Assembly: GCA_038727705.1 (NCBI GenBank)
Contig: JAVYVJ010000003.1
Location: 9,571-73,570 of the forward strand
Length of the DNA: 64,000 bases
Source: Zestosphaera sp.
GTDB lineage: Archaea; Thermoproteota; Thermoprotei_A; Sulfolobales; NBVN01
Reading direction: 5' to 3'
Shown here: one piece after another, positions 36,459 to 46,152 of the stretch
Layout: every line of letters starts with the position of its first letter
How positions within the stretch are numbered: the stretch's first letter is position 1
Position numbers and translations under genes: made by a program
The notes under the pieces: generated by a model
The model's input: only the letters and a program-made list of their open reading frames with translations
What the model was told of the DNA's origin: nothing
Database searches by the model: none

Positions 36459-37772
36459 ATGGGAAGAAACCTGACTAAACTTCTGATGGCCTCGGAGGCT
36501 TTCTTCGGAAATTTCTACATAGCTGTCACTAGAGGGCTTTTCGTGCCGATGCTGACCTATTCTGGGTACTCGCTGGATAAAGTCTCGCAGGTGTCTTTCT
36601 TCGCTGCTTTAATGAACGTCATCATCTCATACCTGATCTACAACAATCCGGACATGTTCAGCAGGAATGTCAGGCTCAAGTTACTTTCAATCCACGCTTC
36701 AGAGAGGGTCTTATTCGCCCTGCTTCCATTCCTAATTGGCAGTCCTGACGCTTTAGTGCTCGTATACAGTGTCGCCCTCACGGTGACGATACCCGTTAAC
36801 GTCCTACTCAACGTGGCACTTATGAGCGTCTTCGTATTAGATGAGTTCGTGGAGATCAACGTACTTAGATCCGCAGTCGGTGCTGCAGCCTCATTACTGG
36901 GTTCCCTTTACTCGATGGTGCTGACGGCTTTCCTGGAGCCCCCTACCTCGTATTATGTCGCTTACGTGTCATCATCCCTAATAGGGTTGATGGCCACCCT
37001 ATCACTGGCTTACTATACCATGCCTGCGGACTTCACAAGCCTTTCTAAGACCACCAGGGAGGAGGCAGAAATCAGGAAAGTCAACACGTTCCTGATGTTG
37101 GTGATGATGATAGGCGGTGGTAACTTAATTGGTCTGGCATGGCCTCAGCTCCTCAAGTCTCTGGATACACCCCTGTATGTGACAATCCTGCTTAACGTGG
37201 CAGGCAACGTAGGTGGTGTGATAGGACCGTACCTGTGGAAGGGATACAGGGGGTATGTGTTGGCGATGACGTTCAACATATTGTTCACCTCGAGCATTCC
37301 CCTACTCAGGCATCCCTGGATGCACGTAGGTGTATCTGCCGCGCTCTCTGCCACCTTCATAGGGGCTAACTTAATAGCCTCATCAATATATTCAAGGTAC
37401 GTGGAATCATTAGGGGTCGTCAAGGCTTCAACATTCCTGAGCGCGTCAAACGGTGTGGGCCTCTTCATAGCCTCAGTCCTCGGGAAATACCTACCCGGCT
37501 CACCTCCCCTAATCTTCAGCGTGGCAACCATGCTCAAATTCCTCGGCCTGCTAGTTGTAGCCCTGGCGATCCCCGAGACCTCCATAGTTCCGCCAAGGAC
37601 TGCGTACGGGTACGGGAAACTCATATACTCGGCCAGCATGCTAGGTTATACGTTCACGGTGGAGACGTCGCGAAAGATACTTAAGGTCTTCATTCAGATC
37701 ATCGCCCTAGCATTCCTCTTAACATTAATATTGCTAATATACGAATTATTAGCGGTGCTGTCCAGCGCCTAG
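36459..37772 (+). CDS. Polytopic membrane transporter (MFS-like)
   Basis: About 437 aa from ATG 36459 (MGRNLTKLLM), about 12 TM segments. The 61 codons the track adds upstream cover the promoter (cttataaacc at 36410-36419) and look non-coding. Confidence 0.6.
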   Translation: MGRNLTKLLMASEAFFGNFYIAVTRGLFVPMLTYSGYSLDKVSQVSFFAALMNVIISYLIYNNPDMFSRNVRLKLLSIHASERVLFALLPFLIGSPDALVLVYSVALTVTIPVNVLLNVALMSVFVLDEFVEINVLRSAVGAAASLLGSLYSMVLTAFLEPPTSYYVAYVSSSLIGLMATLSLAYYTMPADFTSLSKTTREEAEIRKVNTFLMLVMMIGGGNLIGLAWPQLLKSLDTPLYVTILLNVAGNVGGVIGPYLWKGYRGYVLAMTFNILFTSSIPLLRHPWMHVGVSAALSATFIGANLIASSIYSRYVESLGVVKASTFLSASNGVGLFIASVLGKYLPGSPPLIFSVATMLKFLGLLVVALAIPETSIVPPRTAYGYGKLIYSASMLGYTFTVETSRKILKVFIQIIALAFLLTLILLIYELLAVLSSA

Positions 37773-37783
37773 GTGGGTGCTTG

Positions 37784-38389
37784 ATGCCAGAAATTACAGA
37801 CCTTCTGTACGGCGTCATGCGTGATGTCGTGAGGTTAATTCCCTACGTCATGGCTGCCGTGGGAGTGGTTATACTCTCAATAGCCCTAGCCGGGCTGGTC
37901 AACAAGCTGATTAGGTGGGTGGTCAGGGCCGGCAACCTTGAGGAGGTGGTTAAGGGAGTGATCCCCGGAGGCTTGAGGATTTCAATAGCTTCGTTGCTCA
38001 TAATGATTAGTGACATAGGAATTGCATTATTGGCGCTGACCATAGTGGTTAGGTTAATTGCGTTCGCCACATCAGGCGTCTACACGGATCTAATAGTTTA
38101 CATGACCCGCGTCGTGAGCATCGCGATAATGTTGTTGATCCTCATGGTCGCTCTGGATATACTAGTTAAGTCCGTGGCTTTCGAGAGGAAGGTGGAGAGT
38201 CTCCTCTTCATACTACTGTTCTTCTTCGGCCTATCCATGATCATCGACCTAACTGGCTTAAGCCCTGAGATGAAGTCTTCACTGGGGTGGGGCATCGCCA
38301 TAGGTATAGGGCTGTCGCTTGGGGTCTTCACCCTATGGTTCCTCTTCGGGGAAGCAATAGAGAGAAGAGGATGCACACAGAGTGTTTGA
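37784..38389 (+). CDS. Membrane protein with conserved TM-helix repeats
   Basis: About 201 aa with 4-5 TM segments. 9 nt downstream of the transporter gene. Confidence 0.45.
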   Translation: MPEITDLLYGVMRDVVRLIPYVMAAVGVVILSIALAGLVNKLIRWVVRAGNLEEVVKGVIPGGLRISIASLLIMISDIGIALLALTIVVRLIAFATSGVYTDLIVYMTRVVSIAIMLLILMVALDILVKSVAFERKVESLLFILLFFFGLSMIIDLTGLSPEMKSSLGWGIAIGIGLSLGVFTLWFLFGEAIERRGCTQSV

Positions 38390-38442
38390 ATGCCTCGTTC
38401 ATGAAGCCCGTCCTTATAGAACTGGGCGTTTTTGAGGGGAGA

Positions 38443-39081
38443 TCACTCACTATGTAGCAACTCGCTGACGATCTGGAGAACACTACCTGCCTCTCTAGGG
38501 GGTTGGGTGAGCAGGCCCTCCCTAAGAGCCAGAGTTATGACGCCTAGTTTTAGTGTCCGTAACAATCTGGGGTCCTCCAAATCGATGACGCGTAACACTG
38601 TAAAGAGAGATGTCAGTGCTAGTGTGTGCTTGCATAAGACGTACCTGCTCGTGATAGGCAGAGATCTAACCTCACTCAAGTCCACCTCGAGAGCTCTGGC
38701 AAGGCTTACGAGCGCGCTGTCAGCCCTGGATGACGTGATCAACGCATCGTCGCAGGTGCATTTAATACCGTACGGCCCGACTTGAGTGATGTAGAAGTCC
38801 CTTAGGTACGTTACCGCTACGCCGCTTGAGTCACTCTTAGTAATGTGCTTCCTCACCTCATCAGCACCCACATTTATGAAGGCGATGCCGCCCTCACTCC
38901 TGACCAGCAAAATCTTAAACCTATCACTACTCAGGAGTTCTGACGCGCTATGGAGTCTTCTAATCAGGGAAGGCATGACGTCGGACAACCCGACTTCCCT
39001 GACCATGCTGACTAGTAGCTCCCCAAGCCTGTCTAAACCAGCCCTCCACTCCCTAACCAGCAGGTCGGGGTCCTCTCTCAA
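38443..39081 (-). CDS. SWIM zinc-finger-containing hypothetical protein
   Basis: 212 aa. CTC...(34 aa)...CKH fits the CxCxnCxH SWIM signature. Confidence 0.5.
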   Translation of the reverse strand: MREDPDLLVREWRAGLDRLGELLVSMVREVGLSDVMPSLIRRLHSASELLSSDRFKILLVRSEGGIAFINVGADEVRKHITKSDSSGVAVTYLRDFYITQVGPYGIKCTCDDALITSSRADSALVSLARALEVDLSEVRSLPITSRYVLCKHTLALTSLFTVLRVIDLEDPRLLRTLKLGVITLALREGLLTQPPREAGSVLQIVSELLHSE

Positions 39082-39269
39082 TAAACCATCCCTAAACCAT
39101 ACATACCGATTTCAAGGATATTATTTGCGAGACCATTCATATGTGGTGACACTCCACGCACACCATCCCATTCCGCAGAAGACCCTTAGGAAAAACCGGC
39201 GAGACCCTATCAGCCATAGGTCTCGGTACTTGGGACATAAGGAGTGAGGATAATGCCTTCACTACCTTA

Positions 39270-39965
39270 GTGACGGGCATTGAGTTAGGGCTAGATACTA
39301 TAGACACCGCCGAGATGTACGGGTATGGAAGAGCCGAGGAGCTGGTGGGAAGGGTGGTGAAGCGTGTTGGCAGGGAATCCGTGTTCTTAATAACTAAGAT
39401 GTTACCTGAACACCTAAAGGACAAGCAGGAGGTGCTGAAATACGGTAAAGCTTCACTCAGGAGGCTGGGTGTTAGTGAGGTAGATCTGTACCTAATTCAC
39501 CGTCCTAACACATGGCTGAGTATAGCTGAGCAGATTAGGAACTTCGAGGTGTTGGTGGACGAAGGGCTAACCAGATATATGGGCGTGAGCAACTTCAGTG
39601 AGAGCGAGTTAAGGGAGGCAATCAACTCCACTAAAAAGTCTGAGATAGTCCTCAACCAGGTTCATTATAGCGTCTTGAGGAAGGATGTTGAGGAATCCCT
39701 ACTTCCCATAGCCGCCAAACATTACGTGACTATCCAAGCATATACACCGCTGGAGAAGGGTAGAGTTTTGAAGAACCCGAAGCTCATGGAGATCTCTTCA
39801 AGACTCGGGAAACCCGTGGTTCAGGTTGCTCTAAACTACGTCCTCCGCAATCCTCACGTGACCGCAGTAGTGAAGACCGAAAACAGGGAGCACTTGGAGG
39901 AGATAAGGGGGACACTTGAATGGACTCTGCCTCAGGACATTGCGGAAGAACTCAAGAGACTATAG
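39270..39965 (+). CDS. Aldo/keto reductase, with the 5' end apparently disrupted (see finding)
   Basis: IDTAEMYGYG, LYLIHRP and GVSNF motifs. The same frame upstream (39150-39269) encodes the missing AKR N-terminus (PLGKTGETLSAIGLGTWDI). It has no canonical start, and an in-frame ATG-TGG-TGA sits at 39141-39149. Confidence 0.7.
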   Translation: MTGIELGLDTIDTAEMYGYGRAEELVGRVVKRVGRESVFLITKMLPEHLKDKQEVLKYGKASLRRLGVSEVDLYLIHRPNTWLSIAEQIRNFEVLVDEGLTRYMGVSNFSESELREAINSTKKSEIVLNQVHYSVLRKDVEESLLPIAAKHYVTIQAYTPLEKGRVLKNPKLMEISSRLGKPVVQVALNYVLRNPHVTAVVKTENREHLEEIRGTLEWTLPQDIAEELKRL

Positions 39966-40134
39966 AGTCTTTTAATCCCTCCCCCTGCGGTATTCGCGAA
40001 CTTCATACATGCATGATGTCAACGTCAACGGGAGAAATACAACCCAAAGAATTACAACTGCAAGGTAAACACCTCTGGAACAAGATGTCAGCATTTAAAG
40101 CCTAATGTATGTCTGATTCTTATGGTGATCAACC

Positions 40135-40848
40135 ATGATTAGGCTGGTTATCTTCGACGTCTGGGACACCCTCCTAAGTTTGGAGGGAATGCAGAACGCG
40201 CTCGCATCAAAGCTACATGGCGTTTTGGGGATTAAGTCGCGGGAGGAGATCCTAGAAGCGATTAAGGCCGTACGCGATGAGGTCAGGAGCTTAAGGGTAT
40301 ACGAGGTCTCAGCCAGTGAAGTAGTTCCTACATCGAGGATAAGACTCTGCAACAAGTTGGGAATCGGGTTGGAGGACTTCCTCGGGGTCCACGAGATCCT
40401 AGTTAGCGAGGCTAAAGAGGGCAAGCTGAACCACCTAGTCATAGACGATGTTGATTATGTGATGTCCTACATTAAGAATGCAGGCCTTAAGGTGGCGGTC
40501 TTAGGTAATGTGCTTCTCTGGGATTCAATCGTCACTGAATCCATACTGAATTCCTCGGGTTTAGGCAAGTTTGTAGATCGCTACTTCTTCTCCGACAGAC
40601 TCGGGCTTCAGAAACCTGAGTTCGAAGCGTTCGCAAACGTTCTAAAGTCCTTCGGTGTGAAGGCAGGTGAAGCTATACACGTAGGTGATAACGTTCGTGA
40701 GGATTTCGGCGGTGCTCTAGCCGCTGGACTTAAGGCGATCCTTATAAACAGGAAGGTGAGAAGCGGACCCCTCATGTTTGAGGAGTTCGCTGTAGTGCCT
40801 GAAATCAAGTACGTAGCACATGTTATTGATGAGTGGATCCGACGCTAG
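40135..40848 (+). CDS. HAD-superfamily hydrolase
   Basis: 237 aa. Motif I VIFDVWDTLL and motif IV GDNVREDFGGA. Confidence 0.8.
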   Translation: MIRLVIFDVWDTLLSLEGMQNALASKLHGVLGIKSREEILEAIKAVRDEVRSLRVYEVSASEVVPTSRIRLCNKLGIGLEDFLGVHEILVSEAKEGKLNHLVIDDVDYVMSYIKNAGLKVAVLGNVLLWDSIVTESILNSSGLGKFVDRYFFSDRLGLQKPEFEAFANVLKSFGVKAGEAIHVGDNVREDFGGALAAGLKAILINRKVRSGPLMFEEFAVVPEIKYVAHVIDEWIRR

Positions 40849-41251
40849 ACAGTTCCTCCAACGGCATTAGGATAGGCCTCACGAGCTTAACCCCCCTCAA
40901 CCTGATTATCCGTGCAAGTAATTCCTTAATACGGTTTGACTCACCCTTCAAAGTCAGTACGAGCATGCAGTTTCGCTCATCAACATGCACGTGCAACGCC
41001 GCTATGATTTCGTGAAGATATTCATGCTGAATGTCAGTGAGTTGCGCGTCTATATCTCGGGTTTCATGGTCATATACAACCCCTATAACTCCCAAAATTA
41101 GACCGCCGACCCTCCACTTATGCTCAACTATAAAGAGTCGCAAAGCTTCCCTGACCACTAATGATTTATTATCTATTTCCAGGGCCCTCATACACTCGTC
41201 TAAATGGCGCTTTAGTTCCTCAGGTATATACACTCCGAATTTAAGACCCAC
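40823..41251 (-). CDS. nikR: NikR-type nickel-responsive regulator (ribbon-helix-helix plus ACT-like metal-binding domain)
   Basis: 142 aa. N-terminal RHH (FGVYIPEELKRHLDE). C-terminal HVHVDERNC matches the HxHx5C high-affinity Ni site pattern. Confidence 0.75.
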   Translation of the reverse strand: MGLKFGVYIPEELKRHLDECMRALEIDNKSLVVREALRLFIVEHKWRVGGLILGVIGVVYDHETRDIDAQLTDIQHEYLHEIIAALHVHVDERNCMLVLTLKGESNRIKELLARIIRLRGVKLVRPILMPLEELSSVGSTHQ

Positions 41252-41267
41252 CCATTAATCACCTCGT

Positions 41268-42602
41268 CTAGGCCGGTCTCACATAACCCCACTTGTTGAG
41301 TGCCTCCCTTAACTCACTATGAACCTCTGCGTAAGTGTCCAGAGGCACCCCCTTAAGGTAGGCCTCAACGGCCTGCCTTACAGCCATAGCACCCTTCCTA
41401 GGGCCTCCGGGATGTCCTAGGACTCCCCCACCAACCTGTATAGTTAAATCTATTCCAAGCGTCCTCAACACTTCGGGTAACGTGCCTGGGTGCAGTCCGC
41501 CGGACGAGGTCGGGAGGACGTTTCTTAAGTCGAACCACTCCTGCTTAAGTCTGAAGTCATCCCCCTCCTCTGGCACGTAGGTAGGTTCCCTTAAGACCTT
41601 GCATATATTGATGACTTCCTCAGCCTTGGCCTCCAGCTTACCGACCTCCGGCGTTCCAACATGCAGTTGATCAACCCCTACCGCCCTCAGGAGTTTAGCG
41701 AGCACGAACATCGAGAGACCGTGTGCAGGGTTTCTAGTGAATGCTGCGTGGAAGGCTCTGTGGGCGTGTATGGCCAGCCCGTACTCCTCCGCGAGATCCC
41801 TCACGTACGTGAGGGTTGACCACCCAGCAATCACTACATCAATCATCACAAAAGGATTACCGTAATCAGCAATCAGCTTAAGCCGTTTCTCCATATCCCT
41901 CACGTCAGCTGTTATGTTGGCTAGCCAGACCTTCCTCTCGCCGGTTTCCTTCTCGGCTCTGTCTACAGCCCTCATTAACGCCCTAGCTCTAGCATCGAAC
42001 CTGCAATATGATGGTGACGCAAGGTTTTCATCATCCTTAATGAAATCCATACCTCCTGCCAGTATCTCGAACGATATGACTTCAAGCTCCTCTGGTGTGT
42101 AGCCTACCTTCGGTTTTGGGACCGTGCCCAGTATGGGCCTATCGTAAACCCTGTAAATATCCCTAACACCCCCCACACCCTTCACAGGACCTTTGAAATT
42201 CTTTAAGAAGTCCCTAGGCATGTATATGTCCTCGATCCTAAGGCCCTTAACCCTCCTCATCCCAAAAATATTCCCAGCTATGGAAGCCAGAAATGCTGGC
42301 ATGTTACCCTCCTCAAACAGGTCCACGGGGTAAGCAATCCTGACAAGCCGCGACCCGTTTCCTAGGTCCATGAACTCATACGCCCTGCCCATCAACCTCC
42401 AGATCCTCTCAGGCAATGAAGTCAACGTCGTCCAAGTACCCACACTACTTTCGGACGCTATACCGCCGGCAACGTCCTCCAGACTGAAGCCCTCGGCAGG
42501 CGTTACCTTAAAGGTGACAATCACGTCACGGTCTAGGCTAGGTGTGTAGTCCCTCTTAACAAACACATTATACCATTCAAACTTCTCTGCCACGTAGAAC
42601 AC
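41268..42602 (-). CDS. rbcL: Ribulose-1,5-bisphosphate carboxylase/oxygenase large subunit, form III (archaeal)
   Basis: 444 aa. GGMDFIKDDENL, HAHRAFHAAF and GGGVLGHPGG motifs. GTG start. Confidence 0.9.
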   Translation of the reverse strand: MFYVAEKFEWYNVFVKRDYTPSLDRDVIVTFKVTPAEGFSLEDVAGGIASESSVGTWTTLTSLPERIWRLMGRAYEFMDLGNGSRLVRIAYPVDLFEEGNMPAFLASIAGNIFGMRRVKGLRIEDIYMPRDFLKNFKGPVKGVGGVRDIYRVYDRPILGTVPKPKVGYTPEELEVISFEILAGGMDFIKDDENLASPSYCRFDARARALMRAVDRAEKETGERKVWLANITADVRDMEKRLKLIADYGNPFVMIDVVIAGWSTLTYVRDLAEEYGLAIHAHRAFHAAFTRNPAHGLSMFVLAKLLRAVGVDQLHVGTPEVGKLEAKAEEVINICKVLREPTYVPEEGDDFRLKQEWFDLRNVLPTSSGGLHPGTLPEVLRTLGIDLTIQVGGGVLGHPGGPRKGAMAVRQAVEAYLKGVPLDTYAEVHSELREALNKWGYVRPA

Positions 42603-42634
42603 CTATGGAACACATCTGCTCTAGAACTAATAAA

Positions 42635-43786
42635 TCAACGCTTAAACCTAGGGAACGCGTCCCTCCTGAATTTCGGATGACGCACATAATCGACGGCAGA
42701 ACCCCTGGCCTCCTTAATGCGCATATGCTTAATCAGGTCATTGAACACCCCACCCACTATCCCATCACCAACCACGGCATAGCCCTGCGCCGTTTCCTTC
42801 ACCACGCTGGCACCAGGTAGGTTGCCTACCGCCACCGCATTGACGTGGCTCAGAACCCCTGATTTGCTACACCCGTTGATCAGGGCCTCCTTAATGAGTT
42901 TAACCCTGACTAACCTGCCTGAGTAAATGATCTCTCGTGGCACTCCTACTGTATAGGTTAGGGCATGGATAGACTTCAAGACACCTTCAATCATAGAGTT
43001 CAGCGCGTCTCGGCATTCAGCCCTGCTTCCGTAGCACTCCACTAACTCCTCTGGACTGGCGCATCCAGATATGTAAGAAACCCCTCCAGTGAAGACGTCT
43101 GTCTTCACCCAACTTTTTATCAGTTGAACCACCTCAAGATCCGCGCAACCCATGGTAAGGAAGCTGGGTCCAGGCATCGACGTACCTCCGAACGCGTCTA
43201 TCACTAGGCCCTCCCTCACCCCCACTGCTGAGTTATACCCGAAGCCGAGCTCCACTAGAATGAAGGAAGTCTCGCTGTAAGGTATTCTAAGCCTCCGCGA
43301 TTGCATTAGTACGGCGAGGACTGCGAGAGCTAACTTATCAGCTGTCCCGAGGTCAACTCGATTTAGCTTTCTATGCTCAGGTATTGTGGGGAGGTTGATG
43401 ACGCCTGGTATGAACACTACTGGGAGACCTCGTCTCTTAAACTCTTTGACTGTCTTAGCCATAGCGTAGTATATGTAGGAGCCAACGTCACCCCGTCTAA
43501 CACCTTCCTCGATCTCACTCCTGCTTGTCAACAGCACATAGGTGTAGTACCACTCTTCGAAGAACTCCTCAGGAATCTCGTCAATATACGTCACCTCAAC
43601 ACCGTAACCTGAGGGTCCAACTATAATATCGTAAGGTGAGAACTTCTCAACAACCTTAATCAGGAGCTCAGGCTTCGTAGCGACCTCCTTGGAGTCAATC
43701 ACTGCTTCCGATATCACGCGACCGTCATTAAGTAGGCACACGTCAATGGTTTTAGTACCTGGGTCTATGCCCACCACCCTCACCAA
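42635..43786 (-). CDS. DUF1464-like ASKHA-fold (actin/sugar-kinase/Hsp70 superfamily) protein of unknown function
   Basis: 383 aa. VVGIDPGTKTIDV (phosphate-1), VELGFGYNSAVGV (phosphate-2) and IIYSGRL (adenosine-like) motifs. 32-nt gap to rbcL. Confidence 0.6.
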   Translation of the reverse strand: MVRVVGIDPGTKTIDVCLLNDGRVISEAVIDSKEVATKPELLIKVVEKFSPYDIIVGPSGYGVEVTYIDEIPEEFFEEWYYTYVLLTSRSEIEEGVRRGDVGSYIYYAMAKTVKEFKRRGLPVVFIPGVINLPTIPEHRKLNRVDLGTADKLALAVLAVLMQSRRLRIPYSETSFILVELGFGYNSAVGVREGLVIDAFGGTSMPGPSFLTMGCADLEVVQLIKSWVKTDVFTGGVSYISGCASPEELVECYGSRAECRDALNSMIEGVLKSIHALTYTVGVPREIIYSGRLVRVKLIKEALINGCSKSGVLSHVNAVAVGNLPGASVVKETAQGYAVVGDGIVGGVFNDLIKHMRIKEARGSAVDYVRHPKFRRDAFPRFKR

Positions 43787-44065
43787 GACTCACACCATGA
43801 AGATAGTTCTTAGAACGCATTAAACTAGAGCTAGTAGTTATGATTTATACAAACACCGCAGCTAGGTTGCTTGGAGTGCATTCCCTAAGTCTCACACCCA
43901 TCCCTCTACACCCGGAATTACCTTGGTGATTCATCCTCAAAACTCGGCGGATCTACCTAGCCGCAGAAGGCGTGGCTATACGCTCTCCGTTTTGAGAAAT
44001 GTAGAGAGCTTTTAAACAGGCGGAACATTAAAAGATCTTAAAAGAGTAAGCTTCGGTGTTAGGGT

Positions 44066-44914
44066 GTGAGAGCGAGGACTCTGACGTTGCTCGTCACATT
44101 AATTGCTCTCTCCGGCCTGTACATCTGTGCACTGATAAGCGACTCTACCGAGATTTGGGTAGCCATCAGCGAGCTGGGAGGTGAGTACACATACGTACTC
44201 CTCTTTCTGCTACTCTACATTTTCGTTGACGCTGATCTGGCACTCAACTCGCTTTTGATGGTGTTGATAGCCGTATCTGCTAGCGGGCTTCTTAAGGGCT
44301 TTTTCAAGATACCCAGACCTCCCGGGGGTAGGGTGGTTGAGGAGGGATACTCCTTTCCGAGTAGGCATACCTCAACGTCCTCTACCTTCTGGAGTTACTT
44401 AGTGTTTCGTGTTAGAGACTTACTCCTGATGGCGGTCGCCCTGCTAACAGTGCTTGCAATAGCGCATTCAAGGATTGCTCTAGGGGTTCACACGTACGTG
44501 GACGTGTATGCAGGAGTTATGATGGGAATCATGACAGGGGTTCTCTACGGCTTCATATCCAAGCACGGGAGGTTGAGAAGCTACTATACAACACTAGCCC
44601 TAGGGTACGTGATCTCCTCAACTGCCGGTATTGTATACGGTGACTTCATGATGTGGAAAGCGTTAGGTCTCCTACTGGCGCTGTCGCTCTATGCACACGT
44701 CAGAAGCCACGCACACCTATTTAAGTCGCTGAGGCTCCACTGCAGGGTGTTGTGTATGGCGAGTGCTCTGGCCGCAGTCCTGCTTACGATGGCTCTAATT
44801 CCTTCAACGGGGGAGGCATTGACGGTCATTAAGTACTTAATAATGGGCGTTGCGCTCCTCTACACGCCTTTATTGATCGCCAAGCGCTTCAACAAGTTAA
44901 CTTGTTTTAAATAG
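44066..44914 (+). CDS. PAP2-family membrane phosphatase
   Basis: KGFFKIPRP, SFPSRHT and SRIALGVHTYVD, the three PAP2 signature motifs. Polytopic. Confidence 0.8.
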   Translation: MRARTLTLLVTLIALSGLYICALISDSTEIWVAISELGGEYTYVLLFLLLYIFVDADLALNSLLMVLIAVSASGLLKGFFKIPRPPGGRVVEEGYSFPSRHTSTSSTFWSYLVFRVRDLLLMAVALLTVLAIAHSRIALGVHTYVDVYAGVMMGIMTGVLYGFISKHGRLRSYYTTLALGYVISSTAGIVYGDFMMWKALGLLLALSLYAHVRSHAHLFKSLRLHCRVLCMASALAAVLLTMALIPSTGEALTVIKYLIMGVALLYTPLLIAKRFNKLTCFK

Positions 44915-44956
44915 GTTGAGATGAGTATGCTTTACAGGGGTGCGGATTGTTTTAAA

Positions 44957-45003
44957 GTGATGAGAACCCCTTGCTGAGATGTGATGTGACCGACATCGGC
45001 TGA
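44957..45003 (+). ncRNA. C/D box sRNA candidate (2'-O-methylation guide)
   Basis: C GTGATGA (44957-63), 10-nt guide, D' CTGA (44974-77), 3-nt spacer, C' GTGATGT (44981-87), 12-nt guide GACCGACATCGG, D CTGA (45000-03). Intergenic between convergent genes. The D guide complement CCGATGTCGG resembles the conserved 23S motif CGAUGUCGG. Confidence 0.55.
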
Positions 45004-46152
45004 CTAGTTCTTATTGATAACGTAAAATCCTCTTATCGAGCACACCCTAAAGATCGAGCTGACCTCAATCACCCACGCGAAAGGGGTTAGCAGGATATAT
45101 TTGAATCCCCCAGACTTATAGACTCCGTACATGTACGCTGTCCAGTAGTAGATAGAGTTCAGCATAATGAGCGACATCACGTACACGTTATAGTTGGCAG
45201 TCACTATGATCGCGGTCACGGCTAGGATGCTGACAACCCAGTTGAAAGATTTAAGCACTACAAGCACCTTCATTGCGTTAGGTGCGTGCATCAGATCGTT
45301 TAGGACTCCCTTAAACCATCTGGCTCTCTGCATCTGAAGATCGCTTAAGTTGTTCGGCGATTTAATGCTTACAATAGTGCCCGACTGCCAGGTCTTGTAA
45401 TTCCTCCTGACCAACTCTGCCGCCACCCTGAAATCTTCTGCGATCGAGTTAGGGCGGATGTTAAGCTCTCTCAAGACATCCCCTCTAATCCCCAGTAACT
45501 CTCCATGCAGTCCTAGAAGCGGCACCCCTAGAAGCCCTGTGAAGAACCTGTAGAAGGTTAGATCATTGAAGTACCTTACCCAGTCGATTATGAAGGCCAG
45601 TGTGGAGCGACCCCTCCTCGGCTTAAGTATTGGGTTGAACGCCACATACCCCCTCTCCTCATAGTAGGGTATTTCATACAGAAAGTCGTTGCCGAGTACC
45701 AAGTTATCGTCATCTAGAAAGACATACCAGTTCCTCTGATCAACTAAGTACTCTATGAAGTAACGCATGGCCCTCGCCTTACCCCTACACTGACTAACAT
45801 ATCCCTTAGGCACTACTACCAATCTCACGTAGGGATCTGACAACGCTAGCGCGCTTAAGTAGTGCGTCAACTCAGCACCCTCGTCGATCACCAGCCAGAC
45901 CACGTAGCCTCTAAACATATTCCGTAAGTTGCTCAGGGATTCCTTAAGAGCGTTCTTAACTTTACCGTTGGCTACAGTCACAAGCACGAACTCGACGTTG
46001 TCCGCTCTATACGGCTTCCTCCTAGGCCTATAGGTAACGTAGCCTATGGACCCTACTATCACGAATAAATACGTGACAGAGAGGGTCAAGCAGATAGGTA
46101 TCATGATAGCAGGCTGACTTGACAAAGTGTTAAGCGCTTCATCCATCACCAA
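45004..46152 (-). CDS. Membrane-bound family 2 glycosyltransferase (processive, cellulose/chitin-synthase-like)
   Basis: 382 aa. N-terminal TM, DDD-type motif (FLDDDN) and QRARWFKG (QxxRW). C-terminal TM helices. Visibly more AT-rich than its neighbours. Confidence 0.75.
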   Translation of the reverse strand: MVMDEALNTLSSQPAIMIPICLTLSVTYLFVIVGSIGYVTYRPRRKPYRADNVEFVLVTVANGKVKNALKESLSNLRNMFRGYVVWLVIDEGAELTHYLSALALSDPYVRLVVVPKGYVSQCRGKARAMRYFIEYLVDQRNWYVFLDDDNLVLGNDFLYEIPYYEERGYVAFNPILKPRRGRSTLAFIIDWVRYFNDLTFYRFFTGLLGVPLLGLHGELLGIRGDVLRELNIRPNSIAEDFRVAAELVRRNYKTWQSGTIVSIKSPNNLSDLQMQRARWFKGVLNDLMHAPNAMKVLVVLKSFNWVVSILAVTAIIVTANYNVYVMSLIMLNSIYYWTAYMYGVYKSGGFKYILLTPFAWVIEVSSIFRVCSIRGFYVINKN

